From Octopus sinensis (Eukaryota): 64,000 nt of DNA. The stretch's first letter is position 1, and each line of letters starts with the position of its first letter. The stretch covers positions 26,846,001 to 26,910,000 of the forward strand of contig NC_042998.1 in the NCBI RefSeq assembly GCF_006345805.1, read 5' to 3'. Under the pieces are notes generated by a model that had not been told where the DNA came from, did not search any database, and saw only the letters and a program-made list of their open reading frames with translations. Both the position numbers and the translations under genes were made by a program. Below, one piece after another: positions 52,880 through 64,000 of this stretch.

Positions 52880-53546
52880 TTTTATATTTTGCAAACCTTA
52901 AAAATCTGTTTTAATGAAATTATCATTCAATTATTGAAATTACACTTTTGTTGTTTGTTTGTTTTTCTTTCCTTTTTCTCCCTTTTTGCTTAGTCATTTA
53001 CCATATTCCTAGAATACTTCTTCTTCAATAAATGAAAAAATAAATAAATTCAAAACAAGCAATTTTTAACTGGAATTTTTTCTTTGCTTCAGTAAAAATA
53101 AAATTAAGATTTCTGTTTTATTTTTCCAATATAAAAATGGTTCTCTATTTATAAAAGCTTCAATCTTTTTCTTTCTTATATCTCTTAACGATATTTGAAA
53201 AATAAAAAAAAAAAGAAAATTAAAAGCTATTAATATGTAATTAAAAAAAACCAGAACTTGTTTAATATATACGGGAATATATAAGTACTAAAGAAGTTTA
53301 CATTTGAAACAAACCTTTATTGTGTACGCTTTTTATTATTAGTATTATTATTATTATTTTAATCTCTAGAAAGGAATCATTGGTATTTTATTACCTGAGA
53401 AAGAAAAAGATAATCTTTCATTCGTTTGGAAGATATAAAGAAAAGTAGGCGGCGGCGGCGGCGGGAGGGGGGAGAGCAGATCACTCTCTCCATCACCACC
53501 GCCCCCACCAGCCGAGTCCGTTGAAATCTAGCTTAAGACAGCTTAC

Positions 53547-53623
53547 ATGTACGACAGATTCCCCGTTGTGACATAAAGCACTGACCAGCTGGTTGCATAT
53601 TTTTTTCCTGCGTTAACATCTGC
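53547..53623 (-). other. Candidate 77-nt exon (5' UTR or short coding) of an unidentified minus-strand gene
   Basis: Acceptor ...TTGTGTCAATCAG and donor GTAAGC (53541-53546), next to a GC-rich (GGC)n patch; translation not recognised. Confidence 0.3.
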
Positions 53624-54859
53624 CTGATTGACACAATGAGACACACAACATAAAAAGGAATAGAGTAACAAACCCTCCATGTATATATATACATATATAT
53701 CTCTGTCTCTGTCCCTTTCATTGCATGCGTGAAAGTGTAATATTAAAAAAAATATATAAAAGCGAATAGCAGTTTTCACTAATCGTGTGTGTGTGTGTTC
53801 GTTGCTTCTCCGTCGAATGTTGTCAACTCGTTGTATCTTGAATTACGAAGGAAATATTATTAAGTGGCAGAGAAAGAAGACTCAAGATTCAACGAAGTTT
53901 TCAAAAGTGAGAGAGAATTATAAACAATTATATGAAACGATAAGAATCAAAGAAAATAGGAATGAAATTAAAGGAAGAATAAATAATGATTTCTAACTTA
54001 ATAAACGCCCTGTAAACAAATTTCATTCATTTTATTCATATTTGATTTTGTGCGTATTTCTCAGTTAAATTTCTTCGAGAAGAAAAACAGTTTTCTTCTT
54101 CTTCTTCGTTGCAAACGATTGCCTGTACTCTACTAATAAGTGTCATTTACCTCAGACGGTTCCTCTCAGACCAAAGTAATCTAGTATTTCGTGTAGAATG
54201 TCAAATGAATAACTTCTAGGTTTTCACATAAAGCATTCTAAAAACAACAAGCAGCGCACTTGCTGAAAAACGATCACCTTACGCTGTTAACTGTACTTTA
54301 TTCCATATCACACACAAGCAGCAAATTAATAAAACAAACATTTTACTACTAGTTCACAAAGTTTTCGAAATTGCCATCAAATCTTTTATAAATCTTTCAG
54401 AACAAAATAATAAATACTAGCAGCTAAAATCGCTAAATTGAAAAACAAAAATAACAATCACACACGCAATCATAGCATTTTGTCTGTATGAAGACTACAG
54501 ATTTCTTCGAAGTATACAAATAATATAAGTGTATAATTTTGTATAATTTGTATATGCTATCTAATAAGAAAGCACATTTGGAATGCTTATTATTATGTAT
54601 ATATATATATATATAGCTTACAACCTAATGCCACTATTTTCTTTTTCGTTGCTGCCCCGATAAACAATTCAACCACAGAGACAGTGTTCATATATATATT
54701 TATTATTATATGTGTCCGATAAACCACACCAGATAGTTGTACTGTTTCAGTTTATGCCCACTAAACAAGCAGATAGTGTAAATAAAATCAGCAGAAGTGG
54801 ATTGACTCAATAACGCCAGCAACAACTATCACACTTCACACGTTGTAACTAACCATAAT

Positions 54860-54965
54860 TTACACGCACGAACATACGTAAAGCGCACTGCGCCTCCTAC
54901 TCCTCCCGCTCTTCCCTCTCCCTCACTACTCTCTCTCTCTCTTTCTTTCTTTCTCTCTCTCTCTC
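54860..54965 (-). promoter_or_regulatory. Candidate core promoter of a minus-strand transcript
   Basis: Purine-rich GAGA/GGGAGGAG tract followed by GCGCAGTGCGC (Inr-like CAGT), with retained CpGs; a downstream GTAAGC donor at 54616-54621. Inference only. Confidence 0.3.
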
Positions 54966-55259
54966 TGTATGATATTAAAATATTGTTTAACGGACTCAAT
55001 AGTAAGAATATTTTCGCTTTTGTAGCATCCTTGCCAATCATCGATAAAACAGGATAGCTGACTGACATCAGTTGTTAACATAACAATCTCCAAGTACAAA
55101 CACAGCCATATACATCATCGACAATAACTCGAAACCTTTTCATTTTTAATAGTGCATATAAATATCAAAAACGTAACAGGAATTCTTCTCTTTATTGTTT
55201 CTTTTTTTCTCTCTCTCTCTCTCTCTCTTTAATCTAATGAAACCCCAAAATAGAATTTA

Positions 55260-55426
55260 ACAGTATGAATTTTACATATATATATATACATATATTATAT
55301 ATATATATGTACAAACCACACACATTATATATATATACATACAACACACAACCAGACGCACACACACACACATATATATGTACACACCTGTTAATTCACT
55401 ATATATACACACACACTGTTAAATTC

Positions 55427-55459
<33 letters not shown>

Positions 55460-55478
55460 CACCACTGTTAAATTTATA

Positions 55479-55531
<53 letters not shown>

Positions 55532-55639
55532 CAACATATACACACACACTGTTAAATTTATAATATATACATATATATATATATATAAACACACATGTTA
55601 AATTCATATATATATATATATATATATACAACACACTGT

Positions 55640-55679
<40 letters not shown>

Positions 55680-55770
55680 ACACATATATATATACACATA
55701 TATATATATATACACATATATAATATATACACATATTATATATATATATATATATGTAGTACACACATAT
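55260..55770. repeat. Minisatellite of ACAC(A)CTGTTAAATT(C/T)ATA units in a TA background
   Basis: About six units at 55383, 55412, 55461, 55545, 55590 and 55632. Confidence 0.85.
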
Positions 55771-55954
55771 ATGTGAAGCGATTTGTACAATAAGAAAGGT
55801 GAGGTGGAATAGAAAAAAAATGTATACATTTGAAAAAAAAAAAAGAAGCGACTAATTATATAAAATAATAAATGTTTAAAATATGCTAACCGTGCCACAT
55901 GGCATAAAATAACAGGATAGAAAGAGCAAAGAGGAACAAAGAGGAGGGAATTGA

Positions 55955-56220
55955 AGCCCCGCCTCCTACAGCGTGTCAGCGGTCGGTGCGTGTGTGTGTG
56001 TTTGTGCGTGTATGTTTGTGTGTATGTATGTGTGTGTGTGTGAACAAGTTTGACAATCAATATCAACACCCATTGTTACTCTCTCTCTTCATTCTGATGC
56101 CTTCTTTGCTTCCATCTCACCGGTTGTGGCGGCGCAGATCAATCAATACAACTAAAAATATTACATATTGCACGAAATTCTAACACCACTGCACACACAC
56201 ACACATACGTATCCGTGAGT
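55955..56220 (+). promoter_or_regulatory. Candidate promoter and non-coding first exon of a plus-strand transcript
   Basis: GC box CCCCGCCTCC at about 55968, CpG-rich unique sequence, GTGAGT donor at 56215. Inference only. Confidence 0.25.
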
Positions 56221-57014
56221 GATCGTGTGTTTGTGATTGTTTGTTGCTTGTATGCACCCGCAAAGCTGTAAAGTTTTATTATTATTATTATATTATTATT
56301 ATTATTATTTATTATTTTGTATATTGTGTGTATGTATGTGTGAAATATTTTGCGAAAAAATTAGAGGTCCACTTTCAAAAAATTGCAATGCCTTTCAACC
56401 AACTTGTAAACAAAATTGATTAAATATAGGTTCCTTCAATTTACGTTTCCTATCGCTATCTTTGCCAACTGTAAAAGCGCGAGCGCTCACATTATATATA
56501 TATATATATATATATATAGGTCCCGATATATATGGTAATTAGCACTTATATTAATGAGATCGCCTCATTTGGTCCAGTTTCATTCATAAGGTGGTTCAAA
56601 GTATAAAAGACGAAAAGGAGGTTCTATACTAGAAGAGGGAGTGAACAGGTGTAACATGGATTTGTAGAAAATTAAAATTGTCAAAAGATTCCATACAGAC
56701 TAAATATATTCGAAAAACATCGCTTCAAAATGTTTTCTTGGAAATTAAATAAAAAGCGGAAACACTTCAAAAGTACGATATTTATTTGTCTTTATCTTTA
56801 ATAATTTCAAATTTTAAAAAAAATATATATATATTCAAAATTTTTTTTTGTTTTTGTAGGTAAATTATACGATTTAATGAATCGCTTTTTTTTTTTACAT
56901 TTTTAATTGCGTAATCCAATGAAGAATTAAGTTCTAAATTGCTTCATGTTATGTTCCAAACAATATTAAAATCATTTGTACACGTGTTTGTTATTACTAC
57001 ATTACGTTATCCAT

Positions 57015-57106
57015 ACATACATAAATATATACATACATACATACATACATACATACATACATACATACATACATACATACATACATACATACATACATAC
57101 ACACAC
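57015..57106. repeat. (TACA)n microsatellite
   Basis: Direct inspection. Confidence 0.95.
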
Positions 57107-57724
57107 GCGATATATCATTGCTGGTTTCCACGTAAAACACTTGCTAATTAGGAAAAATATTCCTGATATTTACAAATAATTTTCGAAATCCATACATGCG
57201 TGTGTGTGTGTGTGTATATCTATTACATCTCTCAACGCGAAATCTATGTATCTATATGTATGCATGTAGTAAGTATGTATGACAAGAAACCTCGCAAAAT
57301 AAGCTATTTATGAACAAATCATCTTACTGGGTTCCCAGTTCTCTACTTTAACTGTTTTCTTTTCTTGATCTCTTATTAAAAAAGCACAGCAATGCGGTGT
57401 AATCATAAGGTGAGAAATCAATTCATTTATGTATTCAGAAATATGCCTTCACAACTGCCACTTTTGTGTCAATGACACTTGCTTCTACCAAGCGGTCTGT
57501 TTAAATAACAACACTAGCTGTCTCCAGTCGACAAACGGTTATTTTGTTGTCTTTAAGAAATTCATTTTTTTATTTGTTTTTATTTTTATTTTTTCTTTCT
57601 TAGGTATTTGTTTTTGATTATTATTTTTCTCCTTCTTTCAAAATATGAGAGACTGCTAGATAGTTTTTCAACATGTTTCACAGCAAAAAACGTCTCGCTT
57701 ACAGCATGCTTACACGCCGTGTGT

Positions 57725-57766
<42 letters not shown>

Positions 57767-58611
57767 CACACACAACACACATATATATATATATATATAT
57801 TATATAATATATATATATATATACATACACACACTATATATATATATGTATGTATATTGTTACACCGAGCTTGCTTTTCTTTTTGTTCAGGACTTTAGCT
57901 GTCAAATACACATAATGGATTTTATAAACGGTGAGAAAATGAGAGAACAGTTCTTATTGTCATGAAAAACAATAAACAACAATACCACGAACAAATACAG
58001 AGCAAGAAAAGAAGAAGAAAAGAGAGAGAGAGAGAGAGAGAAGAGAAAAGTGTGTTAATAGAAGCCGGTGCGCGAATCCCTGATAAAATATATAACGAAA
58101 CAGAAAGACAAAAAGGAAAAGAAAATAAAACAGATTATATCTCTATTTAATTACATGTTTTCCCTTTTTCGAAGCTTGTGATACAACTATTTTATTTCCT
58201 CCCCGTTCTGTTGTTGATTACGTTTCGACCTCTACCAATTGTCTTGTGATGACAAACCCACCGTGTATGTATGTATATGTACGAAGCTTGACGAATGCAA
58301 ACAACAACTGGCACCCAAGGAGTGTGTGTGGTGAGGCTCGAAAACAAGCGAAATAAAATACAGTAAAATCAAACTTAAATAAATTGATAAATAAAGAGAA
58401 GAAGTATAGTACAGTACAGCGCAGTATTAAATGTGTTATTTCTCATATTATGGACTTCAGGATAAATAAATAATTATGTATAAGTAAATAAAATAAGTTG
58501 ATAAACGAATAGGCCATTTTTATAAAGGTTGTTTTGTTGTTATTTTTACATTTTATATCTATACCTCACTGATAACGTATCTTCTTAAATAATATATATA
58601 CACACACACAC

Positions 58612-58650
<39 letters not shown>

Positions 58651-58876
58651 CATACACACATATGTATGTATATATATATATATATATACATACACACACA
58701 TATGTATGTGTGTATGTATATATATATATATATATAATACATACACAAAATAACAAATACCAACTAATCTATAATTATAGATAATACACACACGTGTATG
58801 TATGTATGTGTGTGTGTGTAGATATATATATATATTCTTTTACTTGCTTCAGTCATATATACATACATACATATAA

Positions 58877-58914
<38 letters not shown>

Positions 58915-59554
58915 TATATTATATATATAAGGGTGCGTGTGTGCACGGTCTATATTATTACAGAAGTATGCAAATACACAATTTTACCAGCAGGTTTTTT
59001 CAAATTTTTTATTTTGTTTATTTATTTATTTTTTTCTATGCCATATTTCTTTTTAAGTACTTCGTTTCTTTTCGTTGCTGGTGAGATTTTTGACGTTTGA
59101 AGTTGACTACTGCTATTATTGGCAAGTAACAAACTAGATAATTCACAAATTGTGCAGAAGCTTTTAACACGAGAGAGTGAAAGAAAAAAAAAGGAAAGAG
59201 AGAGAGAGAGAAGGAATTTAAAGAAAGCATGCATTCATCAAAAAAAAAAAAAGAAAAGAAATAAAAACAAAGAATTAAAGGACAAAATAAAGAAGAAGAA
59301 GAAGAAGAAGAAGAAAAAGTCGGTGCATTTTCCTTTCATATTTACAATAAGTTCTTTTGTGCCCAGTTTGGCAGCCTTTAGAAGAATATTTTTAATTCTG
59401 AGCGATTCGATTCTTCGAAACGGATAAAATATAAGCTTATCTAAATAAAGTAATATACATTTTTGTTTTTGTTTTTTTCTTTAAATACAGCTGCTTTATA
59501 CTAGGTGGGCCAAAAGTCACGCACCAAAACATTTGACATTTTATTTATACTGTG

Positions 59555-59604
<50 letters not shown>

Positions 59605-60211
59605 TTTTGTTCATCATGTGAAAGAACGTGTGTATTCGTTATTATTTTATCTATTTTCTTTTATTCAATTTTTAGAAAAATTGAAGGCAGGTCTTTGACA
59701 ATTTCGGAACGTATTGAACTTATATATATTCTGTGCGTGATATTTGGCCCACTCGCTAATTTTTTTTTTCTCTTCTTTTTTTATCACTTACTTTTAAGAG
59801 GTTTGAATTAAATTACTTAACAAGTGAAAAACAAAACTCCTTATATCAACTTGGTAAATAAATAAATAACGGATCGTGTGTGAGTGAAGATGTGCGGACG
59901 AGAGAGTGCAACCACTTGAAAAGACGAGGCGATGATATAGAGAAGAATTATTAAAAACCCAAGTAGTTTGTATTAAACAACATAAGATATCTAATGCAAC
60001 AAATTCAATTTCGGAAGTTGAAATCGTCTTCTTTTTCTTTTTATTTTCTATTGATTATATTTCAATTATACATAGGGAAAAAAAATATAGATATTCTGTC
60101 AATTTTGAAGAAACGAGATGGAGTGACTAACGGTGCGTTGTTATGAAATAGCATAGGACTACGTAGGTAGAAAGTTGTGAAATACAATATAAACACGGTA
60201 CACACACATAC

Positions 60212-60212
<1 letters not shown>

Positions 60213-60274
<62 letters not shown>

Positions 60275-60506
60275 CGTATATACAAACTATATACATCAAA
60301 TTACAAATACGCACGCAAATGTTACATATATGTGTAAACAGATCGAGAGAGAGAGAGAGACGTTTGGACGGATGAATAGAGAGAGAGATGATAGATAGAT
60401 AGACAGACAGATAAATACAGAGAGAGACTGAGACAGATAGAGAGATAGATAAATAGACAAATAGATAAACTGATAGATAGACGGATAGATAGACAGACAG
60501 ACAGAC

Positions 60507-60565
<59 letters not shown>

Positions 60566-60704
60566 CAAATAGATAGATAGATAGATAGACAGAGAGAGAG
60601 AGACAGATAGATAGACAAATAGATAGATAGACAGAGAGAGAGAGAGATAGATAGACTGATAAATAGATAAGAGAGAGAGGGGGGATAGACAGATAGATAG
60701 ACAA

Positions 60705-60741
<37 letters not shown>

Positions 60742-60780
60742 GAGAGAGAGAGATAAATAGACAGATTAGATAGATTTCCG
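60213..60780. repeat. GATA/GACA/GA compound microsatellite
   Basis: Direct inspection. Confidence 0.95.
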
Positions 60781-61324
60781 TGTGTATGTGTGTGTTAGTA
60801 AATGTATATACACGTACATGTATGTGCGTGCTTGTAAATACATGTAAATCGTAAACAGATCTCCGTCGAACGTCAACGCTAGGCACTCTAGCTTATTCCA
60901 TCAAACAAGTCAACATCTTCATCAAATCAAAAGCAGTAACGGTTGAATATTCCACAGAAACGATGAAAAGTTTACGTAATCCTCCGGCAGGGGTCATTCA
61001 CACTGATTCGTTCGCTAACAGTCATTCTTTTTCCAGTTACCACACACATATTCCTTCCCGACGTGATTTCACTGACAAATAATTGAGTCAACTTCAGGAT
61101 ATGATGATAGAAGAAGACAAGGCGATATGCCAAACACTGGGTCGACCACATGGCGAGACCTTTTCACAACTCGGCCACAACAACAACAACACACACACAC
61201 ACATACATACATACACACGCATGCACGCACACACACACACAGACATGTATGAATTTATGTGGGTGTATGTGTGTGTGTATAAATAAATGTATATAAATTT
61301 GATTACCACACAACACGCACGGTT

Positions 61325-61517
61325 ATTATAGATATAAATATATTATATATACGTTATATATATATATAAATATATATATATACGTTTTATATATATATAT
61401 ATATATATAATAAATATATATATATATATACGTTATATATATATATATACGTATATATATATATATATATATATAAAATAATATAGATATATATACGTTA
61501 ATATATATATATACGTT

Positions 61518-61590
<73 letters not shown>

Positions 61591-61690
61591 TATATATATA
61601 TATATACGTTATATATATATATAATATATATATATATATATACGTTGTAGATATCTATATTATCTATATACGTTGTATATATATATATAT
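61325..61690. repeat. (TA)n punctuated by TACGTTA units
   Basis: Direct inspection. Confidence 0.9.
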
Positions 61691-61740
61691 AGGAGGAGAA
61701 CTCATGAAAAAAACAAGACGAAGACAGGTGGTCTACATAT

Positions 61741-61774
<34 letters not shown>

Positions 61775-62324
61775 TAATTATATACAGATGAGTATATATA
61801 AAAATAGCCTAATATAAATGTGAATAATAAACGTATGTGTATACATATATATTTGTGTCAGTGTATGTATGTGCGCATCTATATATGTAGATGGGTGCAC
61901 AGACATGTATATACGTGTGTGCGTGTATATATGCATCTATATATATTATATATATATATAATATATATATACATATACAAGGATTTGATGTATATGTATA
62001 TACATAAATATATACCCACCTCTGTATGCATATAAATACGATATATATATTATATATATATATATATAATTATAACTCGTTTCAACTTTAAAGCTGTGGT
62101 CATGCTGGAGCACCATGTGTGTGCGTATATACAGATATGCATATGGACATAAATGCTATACATGCACACACACAAAGGAATACATATATATATGAATATA
62201 TATATGCAAGTATAAGTATATATTTTTTATATACCCTAACCCTAATCTGTATAGATACGTTCAATTACATATATTTCTATAAATGTGCGTGTGAGTGTAA
62301 ACTTACATATGTACATTACACACA

Positions 62325-62598
62325 CACACACACACACATACATACATACACGCATACATACATACATACATACACGCATACATACACACGCATACATACA
62401 TACACACACACGCATACATACATACACACACGCACACATACATACATACATACATACATACATACGCACGCACACATACATACATACATACACACGCATA
62501 CATACACACACATACATACATACATACACACAAACATACACACACATACATGCACACATATATACATACACACATACATACATACACACACACACATT
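62325..62598. repeat. CA/TACA/CACG compound microsatellite
   Basis: Direct inspection. Confidence 0.95.
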
Positions 62599-62678
62599 CA
62601 GTGTTGCAGCAATGATGTAGCAAGCCTGGAAATGTCCAGGATTTCTAGACTTTCAAGTTTTTTAGAGACAGTGTAAAT

Positions 62679-63120
62679 CAGGGGTTCCCAAACTTTTTAG
62701 ACCATCAACCCCTTCAGGGAATCCTGGACTCATCATCAGCTCCCAGGCATGTACAAGAAAATAAATAAATAATAATAATTAAGTAGATGTGCATTTATCA
62801 ACCCCTTGAATAGTCCCATAGACCTCCAGGAGTCAATACCGACCACTTTGGAGACCCTTGGTCTAAATCGTGGTTCTCACCAGGGTCCACATGAGCTTTG
62901 GGGGTCCACTTAAGATTTTGTTGTTAAAATTATTTGTAATAAATTAGTAATACTTCTGCAATAAACAAAATATTTCATCAATTTTTTATACAACTCCTAA
63001 TAATGTTTAATCATAAAAATATTATAGGATTTTTTAAAACAAGGAATGGTTATGAGGGTCCAGTACAGTAAAAGAGGAAGCAAAGGGTTCCATAGCCCAA
63101 AAAGGGGTTGAAAAACATCG
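62679..63120. mobile_element. Two abutting hAT-type MITEs (62679-62860, 62869-63120)
   Basis: CAGGGGTTCCCAA...GGAGACCCTTG flanked by GTGTAAAT/GTCTAAAT; the second starts CGTGGTTCTC immediately after. Confidence 0.7.
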
Positions 63121-63139
63121 GTCATACAAAATAAACTAT

Positions 63140-63620
63140 GGTGTAGGAGCGGCTGTGTGGTAAGAAGCTTGTTTAGCAACCACATGATTCCAGGTTCAGT
63201 CCGACTGCATGGCACCTTGGGCAAGTGTCTTCTACTATAACCTCGGGCCAACCAAAGCCTTGTGAGTGAATTTGGTAGATGGGAATTGAAAGAAGCTCGT
63301 CGTATATATATGTATATATATGTGTGTGTGTATGTTTGTGTCTGTGTTTATCCCACCAAGCCTTGTGAGTCGATTTGGTAGATGGAAACTGAAAGAAGCC
63401 CATCGTATGTGTGTGTGTGTGTTTGTGTTGGTCCCCCCAACATCACTTGACAACCGATGCTGGTGTGTTTACGTCCCCATCACTTAGTGGTTCAGCAAAA
63501 GGGACCCAAAGAATAAGTACTAGGCTTACAAAGAATAAGTCCTGGGGTCGATTTGCTCAACTAAAGGCGGTGCTCCAGCATGGCCACAGTCAAATGACTG
63601 AAATATAAAAGAATAAGAGA
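63140..63620 (+). mobile_element. SINE family A with an internal duplication of about 50 bp
   Basis: AAGCCTTGTGAGT..ATTTGGTAGATGG.AA.TGAAAGAAGC occurs at about 63254 and 63358. Confidence 0.9.
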
Positions 63621-63626
63621 ATATAA

Positions 63627-64000
63627 GGCAGTGAGCAAACAGAATTGCTAGCAGGCTGGGGAAAATGCTTAGCAGCATTTTGTCTGCCCTTACTTACGTT
63701 GTGAGTTCAAATTCTGCCGAGGTCAACTTTGCCTTTCATCTTTTGGGGTCGATACAATAAGAACCTGATGAACACTGGAGTCAATGCAATTGACTTACCC
63801 CATCTCCTGAAATTGCTGGTCTTATGCCAAAAATTTGAAACTACTATTACATATACCATTATATTTTTATGTTCTGCCAAGGTCGACTTTGCTTTCATCC
63901 TTTTGGGGGTCAATAAATTAAGTGCCAGTTACATACTGGGGTCGATGTAATCAACTAGTCCCCTTCCCTCAAATTTCTGGCCTTGTGCTTTTAATAGAAA
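63627..64000 (+). mobile_element. Two family B SINEs (second partial, running to the window end)
   Basis: GAGTTCAAATTCTGCCGAGGTCAACTTTGCCTTTCATC at about 63700; TTCTGCCAAGGTCGACTTTGCTTTCATCC at about 63872. Confidence 0.85.

Noticed and set aside
57429-57617. Cys-rich frame (CLHNCHFCVNDTC...) resembling an EGF-like exon
   Set aside because: Cysteine spacing does not match EGF or laminin patterns and the donor (GTTATT) is poor.
62234-62246. CCCTAACCCTAA, telomere-like
   Set aside because: Only two units; expected by chance.

Overview
AT-rich eukaryotic DNA, very rich in microsatellites (TA, CA, TACA, GATA) and packed with mobile elements. The SINE, MITE and RTE repertoire looks like an Octopus (coleoid cephalopod) genome; this is inferred from sequence style, not from a search. 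I could not recognise any host protein-coding gene. Nearly all ORF-track entries are microsatellite translations, SINE read-through or antisense of decayed LINEs. Main contents: (1) a 2.9-kb 5'-truncated RTE-clade LINE (7501-10425, minus) with a PHD-type C4HC3 finger inside its RT domain and 158-bp tandem repeats in its 3' UTR; (2) more than 20 tRNA-headed SINE copies from at least three families; (3) a fourth short element, in two copies (24250-24424, 51757-52009), carrying a minimal hammerhead-ribozyme core, one copy still with a tRNA-like Pol III head - the most interesting item here; (4) piggyBac-, hAT-, mariner- and Helitron-type non-autonomous elements, often nested; (5) a 773-775 bp triplication (35.8-38.1 kb), three foldback/palindromic structures and a 4.9-kb compound TA/CATCC array; (6) a CpG-retaining, almost TE-free block (about 53.2-62 kb) with candidate divergent promoters and non-coding 5' exons. 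Single-base homopolymer indels suggest long-read consensus errors, so reading frames in this window are unreliable.
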